Source: Acanthaster planci (Eukaryota). From it: a stretch of DNA of 64,000 bases. Of this stretch, positions 52,101 through 62,276 are shown piece by piece (the stretch's first letter is position 1; each line of letters opens with the position of its first letter). Location of the stretch: positions 2,580,861-2,644,860 of the forward strand of contig NW_019091359.1 of the NCBI RefSeq assembly GCF_001949145.1, in the 5' to 3' direction. Below the pieces are notes generated by a model. The model was not told the origin of the DNA. It worked only from the letters and a program-made list of their open reading frames with translations, and searched no databases. Position numbers and translations under genes: made by a program.

Positions 52101-55100
52101 CAACTGTTAAATCACTCATACTGGCACAGCATGCACAGAGATTACTTAAGCCAAAAAAAGTTATGCTTCCTGTTTCACTAACTACCCTATTTTGACGGCA
52201 CAACCCTGAAAATATTTTTGGAAGGGCAATTTTAAGAAAATGTGAAATGAAAAACAAAGAAAAAGTGTGTTTATTTTAATTTGAATGTGGAGGAGATAAG
52301 TTCAACTTACTTTTTTATTAAACTATTGTTCATTTAATTTGCGACAAATGCCACCGGATGTGTCTTGCTGCTCATACTGTAATGGGAAGCACAGCTTTTT
52401 TGGCCTTAGTGATAACTGGTTTCCCGCCAAAATCCCTTCGGAGGTGTGTTGCTTGTCACTGGTTCCCAGCTGGTTTTGGCCCTGCAGAAAAGCTTGCCAA
52501 GCAAACATCAACTGGAATTGGGCCCAGTTTTGGCTCATCATTGGAAGGGGTCAAATCTGGATGTTGCAATTTGGATTGTAGATTAAAGACAATTATTTCC
52601 CTGATGGATGTGCCCGACTGCATGGTTTAAGAGGAAGGGAAAGTAATGAACAAGTGCAAAAGCTTGTGAAGCTATTATGTGTCAAGGTCTCGCATCCAAA
52701 GACCTATGCACTTAGAACCTTGGTATTAACGATACCATTGAAAGGTATTTCCACTATGCTGAATTTCATTGGTGATACCTGCGATTGGTGTGGCAGTATT
52801 GCGAAAAGTCTGATAATTAGAAACAAGAAGAGGGTTTTTAATGGTATATCTGTGATTAACCAGTATTCACCACATGTCCTCACAAGTCAATCCGATGTCC
52901 TCACAAGTCAATTACATGTCCTCATAAGCCATTTAGTTTCAAGCCAAGTCACAAAACTATTCACGTGAACCGTGACAAAAGCATTCCGCAGTCTCTCTGT
53001 TGCTACGAATAATGACTTGTGATGGACTTCACTACGGCCTTGCTACCAGAATTTCATAGAGCTACTTAAGCACAAAACATGCTTAAGCGCAAGAAAACCT
53101 TACTTGATAAATCAGGTAACCAGCCAAAACTCCATGTGATGTATATTTTTTTTGGATTGTATTTAGCTTGTTTTTGGTTAGCATGACAATCAGAAAGAGT
53201 TTGAGCTGGTAACCTTTGTTTATTAAGCAAAGTTTTTTCCTGCTTAAGCAAATGTTGTGCTTAAGCAGCTCTATGAAATTGGCTCCTGGACATACATGTA
53301 AGTCAATTTACTTTTGTACCTGAATTCAGCCTAGTCAGGGATTGGTATTCCAACCTAAAGAAACATAACTGTGAAAGAATTACTAGTGGCAAGGGAGATA
53401 CACAGTTTACAGTCCCACATTGACAACCAGCAAAAATGGTTACAAGTAATATGCTATGGTTTCGACCTGTAGTGTTGAGTAGATTGAATGGCAAGGCAGG
53501 TAAAGACTGTTTATGATTGTGGAACAGAGTTTGAATGAGAGAAGTGGCCATATTTAGTTACCACCATATAAACACTCCTGCTTCAAAGCAAACTATAGCT
53601 ACAAGACTAAGACCAGGTAAGAATCTTCCAGATAGAGTGAATCTATACAGGTATGTAGGATCTTGGAGGTTCCTTTGAGCCTAGTCATTATTACGGGTCA
53701 AAATGTATTGTGATATTGTCGGTTTTGTATGACACCAGAAATCAGTCGTTCAGACTGGGATGTATACCTTACAGATTTCCATCCCCTGCTGTGCGTTGCG
53801 GCAATGTTTTCAGCACTTGAATGAATTCGTATATAGTTACGATGGCCTCGGCACAAAGTGGCAGGAAACTTGCCCCTAGTGATTCGATTGTTTGGAGAAA
53901 GAGTTTTGACGTGTTTACTAATTTGCATGGATTTAATCTGCATCGTGGTGGCATGCTGCATGCAACTGCCTCATATACCTATCCCTGGTGGAGACTTGCC
54001 AACTCAACAAAAGCCGTGTTCGCACTGGACTTTTTTCCCATGGGTTTTACCGAGCCAGTGGTCAATAAAGCATGGACAAATGTGACCACTGTCCGCACTT
54101 GGACTTTCGACACAGGAAAATTTGACCGAGACCACTGGAAAAGTAACCGAGCTGGCAGTGCCAGGACTTATGAGAGTCATTTGTGTGGCCTTTCTGCATT
54201 TATTTTCGTCCTCAGACACAACGTTACCATTCTCTTTATCTGGAAATGGTGCAGTCTTAACACTTGTTAATCTTGCAACAATGTCAACAATTTCTGCCAT
54301 GATTTCTACCCAAAAGAGGAACAATTTCTGGGAAATATTCGCCACATACCATACCACGACAAAACGTGCAACGCACATGCGTAGTTTCCCTATATGAAAC
54401 ATGCTGTTGTGCTCAGGTCGGATGTACGCTCTACCGGCCACTTTCCCATGCTTTTACTGACTGGCACTGTCCACACTGGACTTTCTGTTTCGGGAAAAGG
54501 GTCTCAGTCATTTTTCCTAGGCAGAAGTTGCCTGGTAGATATTGGACGTGCGGCTCATTACAAGTAACTTAGAGGAAAACTTCGTGGGATGTCCGCACTG
54601 GACTTAAAATGGGAAAAGTAGCTATCGTCTCTGTAAGTTTGACCAAAAAAGTCCAGTGCAAACACGGCTAAAGTTATTTGGACAGAATGATCTTTGAGAT
54701 TTTTCAAGATTGATTGCAACAAATAATTGCTGAAGCTGATCAAAAAAATTGAGAGATGTCGAAGGGAATGATAAGTTTTGCCCAGTACTTTGACATGTTG
54801 TCTCATCATCAGAAGCTCTTTTTGGTCATAAGACTTGAATGAATGAGCAGTATTTATGTAACCTGACAAAAACTCACTATGTGGGAATTCACAGTTACAA
54901 ACTCTAACTAAACCAGGGATCTTTGGAGGAAAAAGTCACGAGAAACTAAGTGAAAGAGTCAAACATACTTCAAGATTGCAAAACAGAAAAGAAGACAGAA
55001 AGAACGTATTTTCCAAAATATCAAGATGAAAATCATCCCGTTAATTATGAAAACCACTGAGAATCAATGACTCCGAAAACTTTAAAAAGGAGACCCTAAG

Positions 55101-58100
55101 AGCCAAGTAGGTTTTTCTCTTTGAAGTATATTTCAACAGCTTGAAGTATGAATGGCCCAGTTGGCAAGCCCCCAGCTTTTTGTTTGAGTAATCTGTGCAC
55201 ATTACTGTCCCTAACCCAAGTTGAAAGTACCAGCTCTCCCTCACAGCACGCCACACTGAACAGGCTCAGACCTTTAGAGCGGGAGCAAGCCATGAAACGC
55301 GGCCGAGCTACGGTGGCCTCTATGCGCCAGTGTTACAATGAGGTACCCAAGAATGACAACAAACATTTGCAAGGATCGTGGGAATGTGAACTGAGCAGAC
55401 TAAACCAGCCTCGGCAGCATTGCAATTAGTTGCATTTTTCTTTTAGCTGAATTCTGTTATTTGCAGGCGGGTTCACTGCTGGCCACATTTTCTTGGCATG
55501 CATGAAAGCTTTTCACTTGCGGTTTTTGTTGAGAAAAGCCAGCAGCTTCTGCATGAGATTGCCTCAATTTTGCCCGTTTCCAAAACAGACTTTTGCAAGA
55601 TGAGTCCCTTAAGCACTTAACTGATGAAGGCCTGTTTCAAGTGCTTTGTCATCACACCACTTGATTCAATACAGCATGCAAGTTCGAATAGACATCCCTT
55701 TATTAAAAAAGAACCCTCACAGTAAGCGCAAACCTGACCCCATCTCACACCCCCCCCACACCCCCCACCCACCATCTTGCAGCAAGGCCTGGCTGGAAGA
55801 TGGTCATCTCAGGATACTTCACCTATCAAGAGAAGCCGGGCGACAATAGCGACCACTTTGATTGAGGTATTCTTGTCAAGAAGCACTCCTCTCTCCAACT
55901 CTCTCTAAAAGGTCTAATTAACTAACATCACCTCCATGTCACTCTAGCAGAGCAGCAACCATTCTTGTCAAAGTCCAAGGGATAACCATTTTTCTTGTGT
56001 TTTTTTATACTGATTTTCTAAAAAAAAAAAAGGAACAATTTCAGCCACCTGTATTTTAGGAACTGAATTCGTGCATGTTGGCAAATTTGAAATTCATCCT
56101 TTTTAGAAGAAACTCCACCTTTCAGGTGATGGTTTCAGTATGTTAGTCCCCGGGAACTCATTGTATTAGTTTGAGAAATAAACAACATTGTCCTTTTGGG
56201 CAGAATGGACATTTTAGCTTAGCAATTAGCTTCATCACTTCATTTTGTCTGACGGCAGTCAGGCCTAATTTCTTCAGTGACCTGTGTACATGTATATCAC
56301 TCTTAGTGAGACGTGGTCGTAATTTCTTGGGGCCTCTGAATGGCGGTCTAACTCAGTGTGAAGCTGATGTGGTTCTTGGGAACAAGACAAACATGGTTGT
56401 TGCATCAGAAAAATCAGACTAACACTTTATTCTGCTATGAAGAAAAAAGAAAGGCAAAATTCCAGCACTTTTAATATCAATCCTTGGACAAACAAAATGT
56501 ACAACTGATAGCAAAGGAAAGAAGATAGATTTCAATGGCATTTTTTATTTTTGGCAAGTAAACCTTGAACCGTCAGTGATGCTGTAATGGTTCAGAAGAT
56601 GATTTATTTGTTTGAAACTCCTCCTACTAACCCAAACCATGTCTTACAGTTCATTCACAAAGGTGACATGTCATTCACTTCACTCAGGAAAACCTTTGAC
56701 CTTTCAGGTCATTCACTCTGGTTCATCTAATGTGTTCTTCTTGCTGTTGTATTTCATGACTTCAGGTGTACATGGGGTAGTTTTGTTCTCCCTGCGTGAA
56801 ATGCAGGTGCAAGAATGATATAAAATGGACATGTTTTCTCGAAAAGAAATGGGGCCGAGAAAAATTGGTCACAGTAGGGATAGATGGTGCTGTGTAAAAA
56901 CCAGTAGGCAGAGGAATGAATCGGATAACTTATTGGTGTCATGTGTTAATACAAACATTCATGGGATTGCCTAATGTAGAGAGATAACATTTTCTTATGT
57001 GCTGCTCGTGTTTCTACCTTTAACCCTAACCAAGTTAAATCCAATGATATTCAACACCGGTCACTTTTTGTGGGGATTTTTTGGTGTGTGCAGTGAACAA
57101 GAGGGCATTTTGTTCTAGTTCTTTGATTCTGTCAGATTCAGCAGGGTGCCCAGACAAAACCCAAAGGATTTTCCGGTTAACAATGAATGGTATAGGCTTG
57201 AATTACTACTGAAAGAATTGATGCTATGGGTTTTGTGCTTGTTTTGAACAAAGAATTCCAGTGAGCAGACTTTGCATCGTTTGGGCGTAGTGTTGCACCT
57301 ACACTGCACCTGGCGTCAGTGACCACACAATGCTGTCTCCAGACAAAACGTGTGGTTGTATTGTGACTGCTACGAGTAAATTTTGTGTGCTTTCCGGTTT
57401 GTGTGAGTGGCTCAGATTACATGCTATCAATTTTCAACAGAATGCGCACAAATCTATGTCTTATCATCACATGAAAGGAAGGCATGTGATGGCTCCTAGG
57501 TACCTTTCAACAACAGTCACATTTTGCAACCATGGTGGATTTGTGACCATTGTCCATGGCCGTGGTTTTCTTCTTTTTCTTTTCAAACTGGTAGCGTAGT
57601 ATTAGGGACTGATGGATGTAACACTGTCTTTCATATCCTTCCACTTGGACTGTGTTTTATAGTCCATCGTTTCTATTCATTTGTTTCGTCTCTGAATTGA
57701 TTCTCTTCATTACCGAACATCATTCACTCTATTTATTCTAATACTCTAGGTACTTCTTGTCAATTTCAGTCTACTGGTAGAAATTAATTCGAGTCTGATT
57801 TTGTTTAGAAACTTTAACAATACTGCCCAGTTTCCCTGAAGTGTCTTCTACATTTTTAGAACCTCTTTTACCAAACAAGTTGCAGTGATTTGATTGTTTA
57901 ATGCTTTCTAAGTAGTTCTAAGACATTGTTGCTAAATTAATTATTGTAGTAGATTCGATAATTTAATTACAATAACGGAGAGACTGCTGCCAACAAATGT
58001 GTTGAGTGCGGGTCATTGGAAGAAGTACATTTATGTAGTTGTAACTGAGTCTTGCATCTAGAGTTAGTCCTGGGGTCTTCGTTAGTGGTAAATATGTGAA

Positions 58101-61100
58101 CACGCGCAGACCAGTGATGAACATGTAGCTGTAGCTTTGGAGGACCCTTTTGGATGCGGCCTGGCTTCAGCTTTCATCGAGGTGAAGGGTCAAATTGCAC
58201 TTTCATTAAAGCATACCTTGCCATATTCATTGACTTGCCATAGAAAAAATCACTTTGTTGAGCCAAAAAGGGCATTTGCCAAAGCTTCAGACCATTTATG
58301 AGTCGATTCAAAACTCACATGCACCAGCTTTCATGGTATTCTTTCAAGTTTAACAATTGAAAATCAAGGACCCTTAAACCATTTCCATACGGGTGATTCT
58401 TCAATATCTTCGGTTTTCAAAAATCTTCAAAAATTTTTTATCTTTTTTTCCTGAATGCCTAAACCCCACTGTCACAGAGCTAAAGAAATTCAAGTAAGAC
58501 ATAGAATTAAAGGAAGAAATGCAACTTACTCCCCTTGCCCAGATCTCATCCCCTCTTCCTCCCACTTGCACCCATTATTGCAGAACACATGCTGTATCGC
58601 ATGTCCACCATTCCCTCAAAGAAAAGTTAGTGAACTCACAATGAGGAGGAGCGAATTGTTTCTGTTCACAGAATGAACTCTTCTCAGGCAAAAAATAATA
58701 TTAAGGAAGTAGAGAAAGCCTTTCATGGTCATCTTGTTTAGGAAGTCTGAATAGGATAATTTTATAATGAAAAATGAAAAAGATTACAAAGCCCTTCACT
58801 TGTTAGAACAGCACCGTTTTCCAGAGTTCAAAGGTCTGCAGATTGTTTAAAAAGAACTTACAGAAAGAGTATCACTTGTATAGATTTGTATTCCTTAAAA
58901 TAAATGATTGCATGTGACAGAAAGATGAAATCTAGTACCTTGATCTACCTGTCATCCTGACTACATTTATCAAGGCCTGGCCAATCACAAGCAGCTGCTT
59001 TCTGCCAGTCACCACCATTCATCACTTGTTTCCATGATTGCTTTGTCTCCTTGTAACTGAGATAAATGGAAACAAACCAAACCAACCTGTCGTGATGTTT
59101 TACCCCTGACATGTACACCTGTGATTTTTGACAGTGTTTGATTCTTTTTTGTTCTCTCAACACGCATTATTTAGGGTGGACACCGCAACAAACTCAATGT
59201 ACCCTGGCCCCTCAAGAAGTCAGATTCCTCCACCAGCTTGCCCTCAGACCGATCAAGTAGTAAGTAGAGACAATCCAGCACTTTAAAACCAACGCCAAGA
59301 TGTGAAGGAGTGTGAAGACGATGTGTGGACTCTTAAACGTCCTCTCAATGTTTCCCGCTCTCTGGACGACAGTTCAGAGAGATTTTGAGGTCAGGAATGT
59401 GTGTGGAAAAATTAAGAGGAACAGGAAATAACCAAAAAATCTGCATGAAGGATTCGTCAGAGAGAAAAGGAGTATTTTTCTGGAGTTTGTGCATCTATAG
59501 GAAAACAAACGAATGTCCACACTAGCTGTGTGAGACAAGTATGTCTGGATAGGCAGACAACTTTAAGAAGACATTTCCTTTTGTTAGGAAAGTCAGAACA
59601 GCATTCTAGGGACAAGCATTTTGTCCCCATAAAGTTTTTGGCCCACATAATGTGCATGTTTGACATTACATATGGTATCCATTCACAACAACCATTCAGA
59701 TGTACATGAGTTATCTACTGAGATCAGCAGGTAGCCACATGCCCAGTTTGTGGACACTGGGTGCCCCAAAACCTGTGTGAGTTGACGTAACAGATGGCAC
59801 CATGCCTTTAATACGGACCCTCTGACTGACTTACCCTAAATGTTTCCCCCATTCAGGTGCCTCCCTACCATCCCCAGACATATCTGAGACGAGTGCGCCT
59901 CGCGTCCCTACCCCAGAGAGACTCGCAAAGTCTCCCCATAAGGACAGAGATGTCACCAACCTCCTGAGGGAAACCTACAAGGGGCCATCGCAGCGGAACA
60001 GTACGGGGTCGCGACCCAACTCGTCCAGCTCAGGTAGGGGGAGAATCAGCCAGAGCTTGTAGCCTTTAGGAGATTCTGAAAGGAACTACCCATCTCGAAG
60101 GATGACAATGAAGGAATGCAGGCTTTGAGTTGCACATTAGACAGGCTTAATCCAACTTGAGAACAGCATTTTGAGGAAATCAGGTTTCACAGGCTACACG
60201 TGGTCAAGTTTCTTGGAATATTTAACATTTGTGACATTTTGTGAAGTAACCCGAGATCTACAGAGTTTCATTAACATAATAATGAAGTTTGTAATACAGG
60301 ACTAAGCAAAGTGAAGGAAAATCATTTTGAGTGAAGCTGTTTACCGACTGAGGGCAGGCAGGAATACTGTTGAAGTCATTATGTTAGCTGTTAACCAACT
60401 AAGGGCAGGCAGGAGTACTGTCATTATGCTACTTTTCTAGGTCTGTCTTGTCCTTGTCCAGATCAGTTGAATAGTCAGACTCCAACATACGAAGCCTAAA
60501 CTCATGACGTCATGCTTTGTTCACATGTGCCCTTTCATATGGAGACTGATGGATTGCCTCCCACCTCTCTGCCACAGGACTTGATGTCATTATGTTATAG
60601 GTGTGTTGTTTTCAACAAGCCTGGTGCTTACAACTAGTCACTGGCATTGAAATATTAAATGATCAATGGCAGTGCAAGTATCCCCTGGCCTAAATGGTGG
60701 CCTTCTAAAAAGTTGGTTCAGATTTCATCACCAGCTGCTCAGAAATGCTACCAAACTAGCCCTGTGTTTTGGATTTAGCATTAGAGGCATCCTTGAGTCT
60801 TAACTGCTTGCCTCTGTCCAAGCTTGTTCAGTACATGATCACTGGTTCGGGATTTTTCTTGTATAGTGGCAAGCAGTTCATCAACCAGTTCCCGGGAATC
60901 TGCCAGTACGTCCGAGGAATCTGGGATTCCTCCAGCTTTGCCAGAGAGAAGGGTAGGTCAAATTTCAAAATCTGAAATTTGGGTAATTCCAGCAATTAGG
61001 GGTCCAAAAATATGACATTTTTGTGTTCCTGTTGCGTTTGACCTTTGTTATTTGACATGGAAATATCACTGGAATTTATTTCAAACTATTACTATTTGTT

Positions 61101-62276
61101 TGGCGGGTAATTTGCATTAATTCATCACTCTTGAAAATTAGAAAATGTGTTCTGAACTTACAAAATCATATGTCAGATGTGACAGGGACACGAAAAAAAT
61201 GGATCCCTAATGTCTGGAATTACCCATGCATCTGTTGATTACATCTGTTGACGAAAGCATCGTTACACTCTCCTTTCTTAGGGATGCCAACGATCAGTTG
61301 CAGCTTTTGCATTTAGCTGATACATGTATACATTGAGGTCATGTCTCTTAGAGGGCCTTGCTTCATAGAGTCTAGCCATCCTGTTGAAAAAGCACACCGA
61401 CTGTAACCTTCAGATCACATCTCTGTTAGTCGTCAGACCCACTTGAATACTTTGGCCAAATGCAAGAGTGAAGTGAAATGAAACACCATGAAACATTTGC
61501 AGCAGCATTTGTTCACCTTCTGTGAATTTGCAGTAGGAATATGCGATTTGACGTCACAAATTTGCACTTGTGGTAGTATGGACTGGCTTTTACTCTTTAC
61601 AGTTTGTTACAGAATGAAGCTATGTTTTGTACAGTGCATTTAGACGAATCAGCATTTGACGTGTAATGGAATTTTTTTTTGTTCTTTTGATCTGGATAAG
61701 CCGTCTCAGCCAGTCGAGACCTCCATCCCTCGCACAGTCATACTAGAGCCAGCGAGACCACTACCTCACGAGCTTCCTGAGAATGGTGACACCTCCCCGC
61801 CTCCCCTCCCTAAGAAGACCAGTGTAGGGGGGTCGGCACCCCCACATGCCTCCCGCCGTCGGCATGGCTACGACCAGGCACCGCCGGCCGTACCAGTGAA
61901 AGCAAACCGGTCCCATTCCTTGGGAGGCGACGCAGATTCTCCACGACCATCAAGTGGCGAGGTGGAGGAGGCACCACCTCCCATCCCTAGTCGACCGGAG
62001 AAGCGATCGGTTACCAACCCACCGCATTTGGACACCATCCCCTTATCCCCTTCTCCACAGCCCCTGGACCCTATTCCCGGTTCCCCGCCTGCCCCGACTG
62101 TCTCCCCCCCCCCCCCCCACCNCGAATCGATCGTTGCATCACAGGTTGCGGAGAAACTTGCGGGTGAGTTGAAAAAGGAAGCCTCCCCCAAGCCAAAGGT
62201 TCCCCCGCCAGTCCCACTGAGACCAAAGTCCCGAAAAGGATCTTTGCTGCCCAGTCCAGAATCAGGCGAAGTCTGA
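4048..62276 (+). CDS. DOCK4: Dedicator of cytokinesis DOCK-B (DOCK3/DOCK4-like) Rac GEF, complete multi-exon CDS of about 1964 aa (about 2046 aa with the optional exons)
   Basis: Phase-consistent exons: 4048-4084, 11932-12015, 12324-12364, 16060-16118, 16924-17011, 17673-17906, 18547-18576, 21083-21231, 21960-22041, 22768-22891, 23960-24035, 24480-24700, 25433-25554, 25983-26249, 27521-27692, 31864-31961, 32486-32670, 32807-32938, 33756-33864, 34141-34330, 35192-35319, 35654-35752, 36416-36609, 37630-37708, 40083-40242, 40642-40787, 40964-41052, 41476-41635, 43024-43266, 44028-44117, 44665-44760, 45131-45269, 45899-46062, 46711-46797, 47297-47473, 48252-48335, 49286-49402, 49817-49941, 50658-50751, 59175-59259, 59857-60033, 60867-60952, 61701-62276 (sum 5895 nt). 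Architecture is SH3, DHR-1, DHR-2 and a Pro-rich tail. The MW start, RRPYGC and RPFHKG.KD..NEFK favour DOCK3/4 over DOCK1/2/5. It is probably a pro-ortholog of both; the symbol was chosen from the ZNF277 synteny. Confidence 0.93.
7490..7730. mobile_element. MITE, TGGGT(C/A)ATTCC-terminus family, copy 1
   Basis: TIRs TGGGTCATTCCAGAAATTAGG / CCTAATTTCTGGAATTACCCA plus an internal inverted TGTGTCCCTGT.ACATCTGA; a homologous inverted copy lies at 60980-61226. Confidence 0.75.
9894..9990. repeat. Short tandem repeat, about 29 bp x3, merging into (TACATG)n
   Basis: ACCCATACAGGTACATGT(G/A)CAT units. Confidence 0.75.
18732..18850. mobile_element. 119-bp PIF/Harbinger-like MITE, copy 1
   Basis: Flanked by TAA..TAA; termini GGCCGTGTCTGAA / TTCAGATGCAGCT; a near-identical inverted copy lies at 28569-28687. 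Confidence 0.7.
19961..20026 (+). CDS. Candidate 66-nt cassette exon of DOCK (QFVDAGGLQVTSSAKDIAPPAQ)
   Basis: (TC)n/(TG)n tract, CCTAAT branch-like motif, TAG|CAG acceptor, open frame, CAG|GTGTGT donor; phase 0-0 inside a phase-0 intron. Confidence 0.5.
21351..21788. mobile_element. Foldback/MITE element with about 150-bp imperfect inverted arms
   Basis: CAGAGCTCAACTATAACA.GCTTAAAA.GGCTTTTTTTCTGTTCATGCCAAG on the left and its reverse complement on the right; right end AGGTGCTCTTTAA. Confidence 0.75.
24773..25033. mobile_element. MITE with about 55-bp TIRs, TA-flanked
   Basis: TA|TGGGTCATTCCACGAAGTTCGGG..TTTGTGACGGCGTCC.TTGTTACATC ... GATGTAACAAAGGACGCCGTCACAAA..CCCGAACTTCATGGAATGACCCA|TA. 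Confidence 0.8.
25433..27692 (+). CDS. DOCK4: DOCK DHR-1 (C2-type) domain exons
   Basis: PGDVRNDLYLMLDRAEFERGRKTASRNVEVT..EYRSTIYYHTNQPHWLENIRLSIPMEKFKDTHIRLECRHCS..GTTLEDSEHELFVYK..ICSTKLTQN. Confidence 0.9.
26236..26565 (+). repeat. Tandem repeat, about 110 bp x3, spanning a DOCK exon-intron junction
   Basis: GTGTACAAG|GTAATTG(G/T)GGATCTGA...CATGAAGTTTCAC repeated, with donors after 26249, 26359 and 26470. Confidence 0.9.
28569..28687. mobile_element. 119-bp PIF/Harbinger-like MITE, copy 2 (inverted)
   Basis: Reverse complement of 18732-18850 with scattered substitutions; ends TTCGGACACGGCC|TTA. Confidence 0.7.
29083..30061 (-). pseudogene. Intronless rhodopsin-class (class A) GPCR pseudogene nested antisense in DOCK intron 27693-31863
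   Basis: N-glycosylation sequons (NST, NAS); TM1 LTLNPLCLLVL; in-frame TAA at 29872-29870; TM2 lacks the D; TM3 LLLTGDHYISVVHALHY; TM5-ICL3 ISHYHARRI; TM6 KTVKTILLLV..SLLP; TM7-H8 NGWLNVVIYYLRNKDFRR in a shifted frame ending at TAA 29085-29083. Confidence 0.8.
31393..31551. repeat. Minisatellite 39 bp x4
   Basis: Perfect copies of CAGTCGATCACAGAAGGCTATCAAGCACTGTTATGGTCA. Confidence 0.95.
34912..34981 (-). mobile_element. tRNA-derived SINE head / tRNA-Thr(AGT)-like pseudogene
   Basis: Minus strand GCTCGGTGGTTGAGTGGTTAAGACGTCTGCACTAGTAAGCAGGAGGTCATGGGTTCGAGTCCCACCCAAG has an A box, a B box (GGTTCGAGTCC) and a CTAGTAA loop, but imperfect acceptor and anticodon stems. Confidence 0.65.
42159..42511. 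repeat. Minisatellite 39 bp x9
   Basis: TGGTCTGGTACCATGCG(T/C)(A/G)CAGTATTGTGGAGGTGG(A/G)AT units. Confidence 0.95.
43024..49402 (+). CDS. DOCK4: DOCK DHR-2 GEF domain exons
   Basis: [76 protein letters not shown], and NPLSMVLQGTIDAAVQGG..KY with the nucleotide-sensor Val intact. Confidence 0.92.
45270..45898 (+). other. U12-type (minor spliceosome) GT-AG intron
   Basis: 5' site GTATCCTT; branch CCTTAAC at 45877-45883, about 15 nt before CAG; no polypyrimidine tract. Splicing restores the conserved QYIQ. Confidence 0.9.
45358..45600. repeat. Minisatellite 17 bp x about 14, inside the U12 intron
   Basis: CTTGGCATAAAACATCT units. Confidence 0.95.
50120..50430. repeat. Degenerate GT-rich tandem repeat (about 43-bp unit)
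   Basis: GGTCCTGTGATGGTCTTGTGTTGGTCTGCTATTGGTCTTG variants repeated about 6 times. Confidence 0.8.
53050..53280. mobile_element. MITE-like inverted-repeat element
   Basis: AATTTCATAGAGCTACTTAAGCACAA ... TTGTGCTTAAGCAGCTCTATGAAATT. Related GGTAACCAGCCAAA/TTGGCTGGTAA fragments recur near 34715, 38360, 48685 and elsewhere. Confidence 0.6.
54012..54669. mobile_element. Non-autonomous DNA transposon, 25-bp TIRs (Harbinger-like)
   Basis: AGCCGTGTTCGCACTGGACTTTTTT / AAAAAAGTCCAGTGCAAACACGGCT (1 mismatch), AAA on both flanks, and internal repeats of GTCC(G/A)CACT(T)GGACTT near 54091, 54470 and 54592. Confidence 0.78.
55247..55342 (+). CDS. Candidate 96-nt cassette exon A in the DOCK C-terminal region (HATLNRLRPLEREQAMKRGRATVASMRQCYNE)
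   Basis: CCTAAC branch-like motif, ctctccctcacag acceptor, open frame, GAG|GTACCC donor, phase 0-0. Confidence 0.55.
55783..55866 (+). CDS. Candidate 84-nt cassette exon B in the DOCK C-terminal region (QGLAGRWSSQDTSPIKRSRATIATTLIE)
   Basis: C-rich tract with tcttgcag acceptor, open frame, GAG|GTATTC donor, phase 0-0. Confidence 0.5.
60980..61226. mobile_element. MITE, same family as 7490-7730, opposite orientation
   Basis: TGGGTAATTCCAGCAATTAGG ... CCTAATGTCTGGAATTACCCA; the interior matches the reverse complement of 7490-7730. Confidence 0.75.
61701..62276 (+). CDS. DOCK4: DOCK terminal exon, proline-rich SH3-ligand tail
   Basis: PPPLPKK, PPAVPVK, PPPIPSRPEK and PPPVPLRPK motifs; stop TGA at 62274-62276. 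One N at 62122. The acceptor could alternatively start the exon at 61710. Confidence 0.82.
   Translation, partial: PSQPVETSIPRTVILEPARPLPHELPENGDTSPPPLPKKTSVGGSAPPHASRRRHGYDQAPPAVPVKANRSHSLGGDADSPRPSSGEVEEAPPPIPSRPEKRSVTNPPHLDTIPLSPSPQPLDPIPGSPPAPTVSPPPPHXESIVASQVAEKLAGELKKEASPKPKVPPPVPLRPKSRKGSLLPSPESGEV

Noticed and set aside
53821..54572. ORFs overlapping the TIR element as a transposase
   Set aside because: Short, with no DDE or HTH features; the element is too small to be autonomous.
55467..55505. Good acceptor (ttatttgcag) followed by 12 codons and TGA, a possible poison or terminal exon
   Set aside because: No donor or poly(A) evidence; such acceptors are common by chance.
62262..62276. 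C-terminal PDZ-binding motif
   Set aside because: The end is SGEV, with Gly at position -2, so it is not a class I S/T-x-V motif.
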